DNA from: Eledone cirrhosa
Lineage: Eukaryota
NCBI GenBank assembly: GCA_964016885.1
Contig: OZ024745.1
Span: 93,620,001-93,684,000, forward strand
DNA length: 64,000 bases
Direction: 5' to 3'
The notes below the pieces were generated by a model that saw only the letters and a program-made list of their open reading frames with translations, was not told the origin of the DNA and did not search any database. The position numbers were made by a program, and so were the translations under genes. Shown one piece after another: positions 1 to 15,333 of the stretch (the first letter of the stretch is position 1; the number at the start of each line of letters is the position of its first letter).

Positions 1-381
1 CCATACAAACAGCAATGTTGCATGGTTGTGAAACTTGGGCGTTATGCACAGAAGACTTGCATAGATTAGAAAGAAATGAAGCTTGCATGCTCTGATGGAT
101 GTGTAATAGTAATATATGCAAACGGCAAAGCATATACAAATTGAGAGAGAGACACTAAACATAAGAGGAATCAAATGTTGTGTGCAGGAGAGGAGATTAT
201 GTTGGTATGGGCATGTGATGCATATGAAGGATGACAGCTGCATAAAAAGGTGCAGAGTACTAAAAGTTGATGGAAGCTTTGGAGTTGGGAGACACAAGAA
301 GACCTGGGATGAGGTGATAAAAGCTGATCTTGCCCAATTGCACCCCTCAAAGAATATGACACAGGACCAAGAGCTCTGGTG
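1..381 (+). mobile_element. RTE LINE 3' coding fragment (degenerate)
   Basis: Translates to [25 protein letters not shown]...[12 protein letters not shown], matching the C-terminus of the RTE ORF at 4173-6245; contains stops and frameshifts. Confidence 0.9.
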
Positions 382-950
382 AAACTCTCATCAGAGACAT
401 GGGAATAATTGTGGACAGCAACATTAGCTGGGCCACTCATATAAATAGCAAAGTTGACATGGCCCGCAGAATGTGTTCCTGGATTCTCAGAACTTTCCAG
501 TCGAGAGATATCCACACTATTATCCTTTTCTTTTTCACTTTTCCCCGACCCCACCTTGAATGCTGTTGTCCACTGTGGTCTCCCCACACGAAACTAAGTA
601 TCATGAAGATTGACGCTCCTCAAAAGTCAATCTCGCAAAAGATAGATGGCATGTCAGGCGTTGACTATTGGGGTCGACTAGAAAAACTCAAACTTTATTC
701 TTTCCAACGCCGCCGTGAGCACTACATTATCTGCATGATGTGGAAAACATTCCATCAGCATTGCCCAAATGATATTGGCATCACCTTTAAAGTGCACCTG
801 TGCTATCTACCCACAACAAAAATCAAACTCGCATCTCATAACAACATTATGACACAATTATTTCACCTCAATTGGTCCCGCTCTCTTTAACATTACACCA
901 AAACACATTAAAACAGAAACAGACCCTATAAAGTTCAAAAAGTCTTTGTT
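382..950 (+). mobile_element. CR1-group LINE, RT C-terminal fragment
   Basis: DMGIIVDSNISWATHI...RPHLECCCPLWSPH...YWGRLEKLKLYSFQRRR resembles the CR1-type DLG..D..L.F..HI / RP.LEY....WSP / Y..RL..L.L.SL..RR motifs. Confidence 0.8.
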
Positions 951-1189
951 CCGGCAAACCAAAGATGTGGGTTCGTGTCCCATATACGTCAATACTCATC
1001 CTTTATTCCATTCAGAGGGTTTTTCAAAATCCCAACTGACAAACTAATTTTATTTAGTCAAATACACTGTAAGCACATGTTACTACCTAATTTTATATGT
1101 ATATATATATTATAATATAATATATTATATTATATATATAAACGAGGATGATGATGATATAATATATATACTATATTTTATATATATAT

Positions 1190-1585
1190 AGGAGGCACAT
1201 GGCTTAATGGTTAGAGCATTGGCCTTACAATCGAAAGGTTGTGAGTTCAATTCTCAGACCGGGTGACATGTTGTTTCCTTGAGCAAGACACTTTATTTCC
1301 CATTGCTCCAGTTTACTCAGCTGTAGAAATGAGATGATAGGAACTCAGGTCCCTATCATTCCACTGCAAAGTGGTCGTGGAGGTGCCACGGCAAAAAATA
1401 GCATCTAGCCCACACTGTAAAGTGGACGTGGAGGTGCCACGGAAAAAAACACCCAGCACTCACTGTAAATGAGGTTGGTGTTAGGAAGGGCATCCAGCTG
1501 TAGAAATCAAGCCAGAATCAGTTCCCGTTCCACCTTTGCAAGCAGGGAAAAGCAGACGTAAAATGAAATGATGATGATGATGAAT
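1190..1585 (+). mobile_element. tRNA-derived CORE-like SINE with RTE-derived 3' tail
   Basis: A-box TGGCTTAATGG, B-box GAGTTCAATTC, CORE-like CCTTGAGCAAGACACTT...CTCAGCTGTAGAAATGAG, then the RTE 3' UTR motif GGTTGGTGTTAGGAAGGGCATCCAGCTGTAGAAA and a (GAT)n tail. Confidence 0.85.
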
Positions 1586-1609
1586 GATATAATATATATA
1601 TATATATAT

Positions 1610-1642
<33 letters not shown>

Positions 1643-2064
1643 TACGTATATATGGATCTGTATATAGATATATATATATGGATATGTATATATGGATATA
1701 TATATATATGTATATATGGATATATATATATATGTATATATGGATATATATATATATATATGGATATATATATATATATATGTATATATGGATATATATA
1801 TATATATATATGGATATATATATATATGGATATATGGATATATATATATATGGATATATATATATATATATATATGGATATATATATATATATATGGATA
1901 TATATATATATATATATATGGATATGTATATATATATATATCTATATATATATATATGGATATGTATATATATATATCCATATATATATATATATATGGA
2001 TATGTATATATATATATATATATGGATATGTATATATATATATATATGGATATGTATATATATA
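1586..2064. repeat. Compound (TA)n microsatellite with GGATA/GGATATG interruptions
   Basis: Directly visible. Confidence 0.97.
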
Positions 2065-3642
2065 TCATCATCATCATCATCATCGTTTAACGTCCGTGTT
2101 CCATGCTTGCATGGGTTTGGACGGGAGTTTTCCCACTTGAGGCAAGAGTGGTTGTCTTGCTCGCATAGGACTGTCTGGCGGGTTTTCTACAGTTGGATGC
2201 CCTTCCTAACACCAACCACATTTACAGTGTGGGGCTGGGAGGTTTTTACCGTGTTGCCTACACGGCCACATTACAGCGTGGACTGTCTGGCAGGTTTTCT
2301 ACAGCTGGATGCCCTTCCTAACACCAACCACATTTACAGTGTGGGACTGGGACGTTTTTACTGTGTTGCCTACACAGTCACATTACAGCGTGGACTGTGT
2401 GTTTTTTTTTTCGTGACACCTACACGATCTCATTTGTTTCGGCCTGGATTTTGTGGCACCAACATAACTTTACATTGAAAGGGGCGGTGTGGATGGTGGG
2501 ACGGGGGGTGTATTTCGTTAGAGATGCCTACTGACTGTAGTAGGTTTTACTTTGTATTTAGGTAACGCGGGTCTTCTCTGTTACTGAGTACCGCCAAAGG
2601 TCTCGGTCCAGTGACATTGTCTTGGAGAGGTGTAAGTGTGTGAGGTCGGAATTTATCAGCTCGTCCCAGGTTTTTCTGGGTCTGCCTACTCCGTGGCTAC
2701 CATCTATCTTTATTGCCCTGCACTTTGTTATACAGCTGTCGTCTTTCATGCGCATCACGTGACCATACCAACGTAGCCTTCTCTTGAGTAAACAACATCT
2801 GATCCCTCTTATTTCTAATTTTTTCCTTAGTTCGTTTATGCTTTGCCGTTCGCGTATATTACTATTACACATCCAGTGGAGCATGCAAGCTTCGTTCCTC
2901 TCTAGTCTGCGTATATCCTCTGCACACAATGCCCAGGTCTCACTGCCATGCAACATTGCTGTTCGTATGCAGGCATCATACAACCTGCCTTTCACTTTTA
3001 GGGAGAACCCTTTAGCGGCCAATAGTGGTATAAGCTCTCTGAACTTTTTCCATCCAGTTCTGACTCTAGCTATTATACTTTCGGAGCACCCTCCCCCACT
3101 GCTGATTTTGTCACCCAGGTAACGGAAGCTGTCCACTATTTCTATAGAACCCTCTGCGCAGTTGAAAGAGCTAGTATTTTGTGGGCACTTGCTGCTACTT
3201 ATTGCACCAGAGCACCGGCCACATGTAAAATCTGTGTTCTTAGTTAGCTTACCTGTGATCCCACTACATCTTTTATGCACCCATACTTTGCATTTGGGAC
3301 ATAAAATGGAATTTCTACCTACGCCTTTCGTACACACTGAGCATGGCCATTTCCCGGAAGGGACCGGCGCCTTATTTTCTTTCCTACAAACTAGAACTTT
3401 AGTCTTAGCCATGTTAATTTTAAGGCCTTTCGATTCTAGGCCGTGCTTCCATATTTGGAATTTCTTCTCTAGCTCAGCCATTGATTCAGCTATGAGCGTT
3501 AGGTCATCTGCGTATAGGAGTTCCCATGGGCAGCCGGTCTTGAACTCCTCTGTTATAGCCTGAAGGGCAATAATAAATAGGAGGGGGCTAAGAACAGAGC
3601 CCTGATGGACACCAACTTTTACGCTAAACTCTTCACTATATT
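2065..3642 (-). mobile_element. 5'-truncated RTE LINE (RT C-terminal half, PHD-like finger, 3' UTR, (GAT)n tail)
   Basis: [20 protein letters not shown] and CSVC..CPKC..H.RC..CGRC motifs; very similar to 17457-19056; flanked on both sides by TA arrays. Confidence 0.97.
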
Positions 3643-7440
<3,798 letters not shown>

Positions 7441-7444
7441 AATA

Positions 7445-7650
7445 GTAATAATAATAAATTTGAAGACTAAAATTCAAAGAGGGCTCGATAAGGATAAATA
7501 TATATCAAATATATAAGAACCGTAGAGCAAATATTTATTAAAATAACAGATTAAAGTTTAAGCAAAGAATCGCTGCTTTCACCCTTAACGGGATCTTCTG
7601 AAGGGTGAAAGCAGCGATTCTTTACTTAAACTGTTATTTTAATAAATATA
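7445..7650 (-). mobile_element. Penelope-like pLTR remnant, family B, with fold-back arm and partial variant hammerhead
   Basis: 7602-7650 is the reverse complement of about 7530-7588; homologous to 12045-12200 and 8489-8555. Confidence 0.7.
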
Positions 7651-7735
7651 AGGATATATGGATAAATATATGGATATATATATAATGGATAGATATATAT
7701 ATGGATAGATAGATATATGGATATAGATATATATA

Positions 7736-8150
7736 TCATCATCATCATCATCATCACTGTTTTATGTCTGTTCTTCCACGCTAGCATGGGTTAGACGGGT
7801 TGTCCTGTTGTGGGCAGTGTCTGGTCGGCTGACCATGCCTTGCTCATACAGGAACTGATTTGGCTTGATTTCTACAGCTGGATGCCCTTCCTAACACCAA
7901 CCTCATTTACAGTGAGTGCTGGGTGCTTTTTCGTGGCGCCTACACATCCACTTTACAGTGGGCTGGGTGCTTTTTTGTCGTGGCACCTCCACGACCACCT
8001 TGCAGTGGGAGGGTGTGGGGGCATATTGTCTATATGCTTCAGCTTGTACCCATGAGAGGTCGGGTACTCTGTATTACTGCGTGACACCAGAGGTCACGGT
8101 CGTGTGTCATCGCCTTGGAGAGGTGTAATTGGGTAAGGTCGGCTTTTATC
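7736..8150 (-). mobile_element. RTE 3' end (same subfamily as 3834-6548)
   Basis: Reverse complement of about 6133-6548 with a (CAT)n tail. Confidence 0.95.
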
Positions 8151-8183
8151 ACGGATATATATATATATATATATGTGGATATA

Positions 8184-9620
8184 TCTATACTATAAAGCTG
8201 ACGGCCGTATGTAAGTAACAAACTTTCTGCCAAGTGGCTGGACCAAATTTGCACCATAGATGTAACTTTTTCCAAGTAAGAAAGTGAGGGTATTTTTGTC
8301 TACTGAATTTTGTTAAATGATTAAAGACATTATTTAAATATTCACTTCTTTAAAATTTTCAAATGTTAACACTTCCGGTTATATGACATTCCTCACGTCT
8401 TCACGAACCAAAGAATCATCTTCCTGTTTTCTTTCGGTTGCAACGTTTTTTGAAATATTTACTTCTGCGTTCACAGATTGATTGTTTTAGTTTCAGAAGA
8501 TCCCGTTAAGGGTGAAAGCAGCGATTCTTTGCTTAAATTTTAATCTGTTATTTTAATATATATATATATAATTATATATTCGTGTTCAGATATTTTTGCA
8601 TACACAAAAACAAAATATAAACAAACGTATTCATTTCACGAAAGTACAGACGGCTTATCGTCATTGTTACTGCCGATATGCCACCCAAAAAGTCCTAGCC
8701 TGGCTGCAAGATCAAATTTTCCAGAAGAAAAAATGTTACTAGAGTAACAGAGAGACTAAGCTTCGTGATTACCATCAACAAAGCTCAGGGTCAAACCCTA
8801 AAAGTGGCTGGCCTTCATCTGGGAAAACCATGCTTCTCCCATGGTCAATTGTATGTAGGATGCTCTAGAGTGAGCTCGCCAAACAATCTCTTCATCTTTG
8901 CTCCCGAGGGCCGAACAAAAAATATTGTATACTCTGAGGCTCTAACAATGTAATTTATGTATTTTCTATTACTTGGAATTTCTATTAGGGTTGTACAAAT
9001 GATTGTAAAATTTGTTAAAACATTTGTTCTCTGTTCAACCTTTATTGTTGTAACTATCAATTTTCTTTAACGTACTGGCTGAGAAAAGAAACCTACAATG
9101 AAAGAACATCTTAAAGTTTACCCAAGACAAATGTTGTATTTATTAACATTTCTATCTGCAGGTTCTTAGCAAGCTTACTGGCGCTTTAGTATGGTATTCA
9201 ATTCTCATATCGTTTTTGATTGATATGGTGCATATATATAGCAGCTATTCATATGTTTTAAACATTAGATAACGATTGCTGATGTATATTGTACGACAGA
9301 ATTAGCTGAAAAATATTTTGAATCAACAATTAAAAGAGATATAAAAGAGAGATGTTTGATGGTTGGTTCCTTCGCGTATCACACGAAAAAAACGAAAAGT
9401 GACAATTGGAAAGTATGTACAGGATTGGGATAAGAGTATATCCAGGAAAGTTTATTGATACTAATTTTATAACACCAAAGAAGAAAGACGTACCACGTAT
9501 GCTAACCAACCTGACTGCTATTTCTAGCAGGTTGCGAATCAGCCATATAAGGGATTCTCTCTGCGAGTTCGTTGTCAGTGATGATCGTGTTTCGTGGCCT
9601 ATGTCTCCGATTCCAACGGT
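8184..9620 (+). mobile_element. Helitron remnant with PIF1-like helicase C-terminal fragment
   Basis: Starts TCTATACTATAAA; 8765-8953 encodes ITINKAQGQTL...CFSHGQLYVGCSRV...TKNIVY, the Helitron RepHel C-terminus; right boundary uncertain. Confidence 0.75.
8489..8539 (+). ncRNA. Hammerhead-like motif, variant core (family B)
   Basis: agttt-CAGAAGA-tccc gttaa gggt-GAAA-gca gcgattctt tgc-TT-aaatt: all three stems can form, and U4 is replaced by A. Confidence 0.6.
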
Positions 9621-9737
9621 TTACACACACACGCACACACACGAACACTCACACAGGCACACACACATATTTATATACACAAACACACACAAACATACAC
9701 ACACAAACATACACACACACCCACAATACACACACAC

Positions 9738-9872
9738 CGGGTGATGTGTTGTTTCCTTGAGCAAGACACTTTATTTCACATTGCTCCAGTTTACTCAGCT
9801 GTAGAAATCAAGCCAAAATCAGTTCCCGTCCCACCCTTGCAAGCAGGGAAAAGCGGACGTAAAATGATGATG
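9738..9872 (+). mobile_element. 5'-truncated CORE-like SINE with RTE tail
   Basis: Matches 1260-1330 joined to 1500-1575. Confidence 0.8.
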
Positions 9873-10007
9873 ATATATATATATATATATGTGTGGATAT
9901 ATATATGGATAGATATATATTTATATATATATATATATATATATATGGAAATACATATATATAATAATTAAGTCAAATATGTCAAATTTGGCTTTGTTTA
10001 TTATAAA

Positions 10008-11260
10008 CTAGCAGTGGTACCCGGCATTGCACAGGATAAGGTATTTTGGAATGCGGGCCACCAACAAACCTAATCATGGAAAAACTGCATGCCTCGACAA
10101 TATGTAAAGAAAATAAACCGAATACTCTGATGGCTGTATAATCTGTAAGATTTTCCCCGATGAAGCAGGAAAAATGCAGTTTTTCACCTAATGCGGGCCC
10201 TAGGGGATCAAGAAAATGAATTTTTTTTATGTTCATAATATGCCTTTAAATTTCGGGAAAATTGGCTAGACGTAACGCCTAAAAAAAGCCCTAATAAGCT
10301 GAAAAAATGAAGTTTTTCACCTAGGCCCGCATTAGGTGGATTTTCTTTGCTCGCGAATTGCATTTTCTTTGCTCACGATATGAAGAAGAGACTGACTAAT
10401 ACATAGATACAATTCCAAGGAAATCGATCTGACATAACGCCTCAAAATATCCCTAAAAAGCTCAAATTACCCCTAACGCCTCTAAATACCCTTAAAAGTA
10501 GTTTTTCAACTAATGCTAGGGGATCAAAAAGTTGAATTTTTTATGTGCATAACACTCCCTGAAACATAATGCGGGCCGCCAACAGATCTAATCGTGGAAA
10601 AACTGCATGCCTGGACAATATGTAAAGAAAATACCCGAATACTCTGATGCAATTAGTATTAGGTATGCTTCTCCTTCCACGTGGAGAAAATCGGCTTGGT
10701 GCTTCTGTACTTTAATAAAATGGCATGAGTCAGCAGGACAGATGTCACCACTTATGTCAGAGGGAAGTCTGCAATGTTTGCTTGAGCAAGGCATGATGTG
10801 CAATTGGACAGCATGTGGAGCCTTCTCGAAGGAGTCCACCGCACTTTAGTAAGTAAACGCAACTGGACAAATGTTTACCAAACTGTGGGTATAATTTAAC
10901 AAATTTAAAGAGGAATGGTGCAATAAAATGGGCCCTGTGGCATGTGCGCGTTCACTGGCAGCCGTAAACGAAAGGGTCGCCATCACCTATTTCAAGGGTT
11001 CTTTAAAAGGGCCATGTAAGCAGTTCACTGACACCCCAGTAAGGAGAGGTAACCATCAACAATTTCAAGTGGTGGCTCTAAAAAGGGCCATGTGAGCGTT
11101 CACTTGTAGCCCGTAATAGTGACTTTGACTGCGTTCTCTGACATTTGGAGGGTGTTACGGTTGCTTCCACTGGTAGCCTTTAGAATGAATCAGAATGTGT
11201 TCGCGGTCCGTTTAACAGCCATACATTGACGTGCCGAGTGCGAAGCGGAAGGTCCATCTC
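10008..11260 (-). mobile_element. Non-autonomous Helitron-like element
   Basis: Minus-strand end CCTGTGCAATGCCGGG (hairpin)...CTGCTAG|T; internal direct repeat at about 10049-10135 and 10568-10650; far boundary uncertain. Confidence 0.6.
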
Positions 11261-11267
11261 TGAATTG

Positions 11268-12003
11268 GATGTGTAATAGTAATATACGTGAACGGCAAAG
11301 CATAAATGAACTAAGTGAGAAATTTAGAAATAAGAGGGATCAGATGCTGTTTACTCGAGAGAAGACTACGTTGGTATGGCCATATGATGCGCATGAAAGA
11401 CGGCAGCTGTATAAAAAAGTGCAGGGCGATCAAAATTGATGGTAGTTATAGAGTAGGTAGACCCAGAAAAACCTGGGATGATCTGATAAATTCCGACCTT
11501 ACACACTTGCACCTCTCTAAGACAATGTCACTGTACCGAGACCTTTGGCGCTACCCAGTAATACAGAAGACTCGCCTTGCCTATGTACAAAGCAAAACCT
11601 ACAGTCAGTAGGCACCTCTTAACCAAATATACACCCCAATCCACTACCCCTACCCTATCCTCCCACTCCCACCAACACCACCCTGTCTCTGTAAAGTTGG
11701 TACCACAACATCCAGTCCAAATGAATGAGATAAATGAGATCGAGATCGTGTAGGTGTCACAAGAAAAAAACACACAGTCCACGCTGTAATGTGGCTGTGT
11801 AGGTAACACGGTAAAAAGTTCCCAGTTCCACACTGTAAATGTGATTGGTGTTAGGAAGGGCATCCAGCCGTAGAAAACCTGCCAGATAGTCCTATATGAG
11901 CGAGACTCTGTCACCTGACCAACCTTGCCTCAAGTGGGACAACTCCCGTCTAACCCATGGTAGCGTGGAAAATGGACGTTAAACGAAGATGATGATGATA
12001 ATG

Positions 12004-12005
<2 letters not shown>
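11268..12005 (+). mobile_element. RTE 3' end
   Basis: [20 protein letters not shown]...RPRKTWDDLI, then 3' UTR and (GAT)n tail. Confidence 0.93.
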
Positions 12006-12034
<29 letters not shown>

Positions 12035-12044
12035 ATATCATATA

Positions 12045-12325
12045 ATAATAAATTTGAAGACTAAAATCCAAAGAGGGCTCGATAAGGATAAATATATATC
12101 AGATATATAAGAACTGTAGAGCAAATATTTATTAAAATTACAGATTAAAGTTTAAGCAAAGAATCGCTGCTTTCACCCTTAACGGAATCTTCTGAAACTA
12201 AAAAAGTCAATCTGTGAACGCAGAAGTAAATATTTCAAAAAACGTTGCAACCGAAGGAAGACAGGAAGACGATACTTTGGTTCGTGGAAACGTTCCCTGG
12301 CAAAGAACGGAAAAAAACGAATATC
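12045..12325 (-). mobile_element. Penelope-like pLTR remnant, family B, with variant hammerhead at 12149-12199
   Basis: Minus strand agttt-CAGAAGA-ttcc gttaa gggt-GAAA-gca..tgc-TT-aaact; homologous to 7445-7602 and 8395-8555; embedded in a TA array. Confidence 0.7.
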
Positions 12326-12760
12326 ATATATTTATATATATATATATGATATATCATATATATATTTATATATATATGATATATCATATATATATATTTA
12401 TATATATATGATATATCATATATATATTTATATATATATATGATATATATATATATCTGATATATATCATATATATATATGATATATATATATCATATAT
12501 ATATATCATATATATATATGATATATATATATATATCATATATATATATCATATATATATGATATATATATATATATCATATATGTATATATCATATATA
12601 TATATATCATATATATATATCATATATATATATGATATATATATATATATCATATATATATATATATCATATTTATATATATCATATATATATCATATAT
12701 ATATATGATATATCATATATATATTTATATCATATATACATATATATATATTTATATATA
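12326..12760. repeat. (TA)n array with TCATA/TGATA interruptions
   Basis: Directly visible. Confidence 0.95.
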
Positions 12761-13160
12761 ATAAAGTCATATAAAAGTCAAATGATTAAAATTTAGCTTC
12801 GTTTATTACTGCTATATATATTTCAGTGACAGCCATCTTTGGCTGTGACCTCTTCAGGCAGTTTGAATTAGTATGGTATAGACAAGTACATATGTTGTTT
12901 AGGTGTATAATATTGTCAATACTCTGATATGCCCAGTTCCTTGTTGGGTTGTTAATTCACTGAGGGAGGTCACAGCCAAAGATGGCTGTCACTGAAATAT
13001 ATATAGCAGTAATAAACGAAGCTAAATTTTAATCATTTGACTTTTATTTGACTTTATTTTACACTACTCCGGAGTAACCAAACCAACCTGCACACTTCGT
13101 CGAGTGCTCCAGCCTGCATACTAAGGTGTTGGTATACAACCAACATAAACTCAAAATCTA
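12761..13160 (+). mobile_element. Penelope-like pLTR family A: inverted arm plus direct arm and tail
   Basis: 12967-13060 is the reverse complement of 12761-12852; tail 13061-13160 matches 51870-51965. Confidence 0.85.
12808..12862 (-). ncRNA. Type I minimal hammerhead ribozyme (family A)
   Basis: actgc-CTGAAGA-ggtcacagcc aaagat ggctgtcact-GAAA-tatata-TA-gcagt. Confidence 0.85.
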
Positions 13161-13210
13161 TATTTATATATATATATATCATATATACATATCATATATA
13201 TATTTATATA

Positions 13211-13550
13211 TCATCATTTCATTTCATTTTACGTCCACTTTTTCCCTGCTTGCAAGGGTGGGACGGAAACTAATTCTGGCTTGATTTCTACAGCTGGATG
13301 CTCTCCTAACACCAACCTCATTTACAGTGAGTGCTGGGTGCTTTTTTGCCATGGCACCTCTACGACCACTTTGCAGTGGAATGATAGGGACCCTAGTCCC
13401 TATCATCTTATTTCTACAGCTGAGTAAACTGGAGCAATGTGAAATAAAGTGTCTTGCTCAAGGAAACAACACATCACCCGGTCTGAGAATTGAACTCACA
13501 ACCTTTCAATTGCAAGGCCAATGCTCTAACCACTAAGCCATGTGCCTCCA
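13211..13550 (-). mobile_element. CORE-like tRNA SINE with RTE tail
   Basis: Close reverse-complement match to 1190-1575, lacking one internal repeat unit. Confidence 0.88.
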
Positions 13551-13602
13551 TATCATATATACATATCATATATATTATACATATCATATATATATATAAT
13601 AT

Positions 13603-14157
13603 CAAAGTGCAGGGCAATAAAGATAGACGGTAGCCACGGAATAGGCAGACCCAGAAAAACCTGGGACGAGCTGATAAACTCCGACCTCACACACTTACAC
13701 CTCACCAAGACAATGTCACTGGACCGAGACCTTTGGTGGTACTCAGTAATAGAGAAGACCCGCCTTACCTAAATACAAAGTAAAACCTACTACAGTCAGT
13801 AGGCATCTCTAACAAAATACACCCCCGTCCCACCACCCCCACCCCGTCAACACCGCCCCCTTCTATGTAAAGTTATGTTGGTGCCACACCATCCAGGCCG
13901 AAACAAATGAGATCGTGTAGGTGTCACGACAAAAAAACACACAGTCCACGCTGTAATGTGGCAACACGGTAAAAACCTCCCAGACCCACACTGTAAATGT
14001 GGTTGGTGTTAGGAAGGGCATCCAACTGTAGAAATCCTGCCAGACAGTCCTATGCGAGCAAGACAATCACTCTTGCCTCAAGTGGGAATACCCCCGTCCA
14101 AACCCATGCAAGCGTGGAACACGGACGTTAAACGTTGATGATAATGATGATGATGAT
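13603..14157 (+). mobile_element. RTE 3' end
   Basis: [28 protein letters not shown]...KTRLT*, then 3' UTR and (GAT)n tail. Confidence 0.95.
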
Positions 14158-14434
14158 ATCATATATATATTTATATATATATATCATATATTTATGATAT
14201 ATGATATATATATTTATGTATATATCATATATACATATCATATATATATCATATATATATTTATATATATATGATATATGATATATATATTTATATATAT
14301 ATCATATATATATATCATATATACATATCATATATATATATCATATATATATGATATATATCATTTATATATATCATATATACATATCATATATATATCA
14401 TATATATATATATATATATATAAGTATGTACATG

Positions 14435-15051
14435 TACATACATATATGTATACAGACGTACAGTAGTATGTATATATATACATGCACACATATATATATG
14501 TATGTATGGATTCACCGAACATTTATTATAATGCTCGGTGTGTTTGTAAACATATATGTATGTACGTGTACATACTTATATTTAAGTAACAGCCGTACTA
14601 AGAGTGGGAAATGAAATTTCGTTTCATTTTTTCCGTTTATCGTTTTCGGAGCACCCGGCCGATTAACTCACTCGATATGCAAATTGGGGTACTCAGCTGT
14701 TAATATGCATAAGGTAAGTATATACGTTCAACAATCTGGCAGGAAAGTATACGTTGCTGACGATAGCTTGAAACTAGTACAGCGTTCCTTTGTCAGTATT
14801 GAACAAACGAGCAACGATGGTTACTGGACACTATGGCTTAATACGGGATGTTTGTTTACAAACACACCGAGCATTATAATAAATGTTCGGTGAATCCATA
14901 CGTACATATATATATGTGTGCATGTATGTATATATATATACATACTACTGTACGTCTGTATACATATATGTATGTACGTCTATATACTTATATTTAAGTA
15001 ACAGCCGTACTAAGAGTGGGAAATGAAATTTAGTTTCATTTTTTCCGTTTA
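14435..15051 (+). mobile_element. Non-coding Penelope-like or retrozyme-like unit (family F) with inverted arm and terminal direct repeat
   Basis: 14435-14552 is inverted at about 14853-14975; 14553-14640 is directly repeated at about 14964-15051; hammerhead motif at 14751-14786. Confidence 0.65.
14751..14786 (+). ncRNA. Ultra-minimal hammerhead motif (family F)
   Basis: acgttg-CTGACGA-tagctt-GAAA-ctag-TA-cagcgt. Confidence 0.7.
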
Positions 15052-15067
15052 TATATATATATATATA

Positions 15068-15322
15068 TAAAATAAAGTTAAATAAAAGTCAAATGATTAA
15101 AATTTAGCTTCGTTTATTACTGCTATATATATTTCAGTGACAGCCATCTTTGGCTGTGACCTCTTCAGGCAGTTTGAATTAGTATGGTATAGACAAGTAC
15201 ATATGTTGTTTAGGTGTATAATATTGTCAATACTCTGATATGCCCAGTTCCTTGTTGGGTTGTTAATTCACTGAGGAACTGGAGTCATATGTGTTGGTAT
15301 ACAACCAACATAAACTCAAATA
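15068..15322 (-). mobile_element. Penelope-like pLTR family A remnant with hammerhead at 15119-15173 (minus strand)
   Basis: Nearly identical to 12761-12965, followed by the last ~30 nt of the family A tail (GTGTTGGTATACAACCAACATAAACTCAAA) in + orientation. Confidence 0.85.
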
Positions 15323-15333
15323 TATATATATAT

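Noticed and set aside
1190-1262. tRNA gene (also 60370-60425)
   Set aside because: Has A and B boxes but no complete cloverleaf and runs into a SINE body
8765-8953. Host PIF1 helicase gene
   Set aside because: Isolated C-terminal fragment with the Helitron-type TKNIVY end and no exon structure
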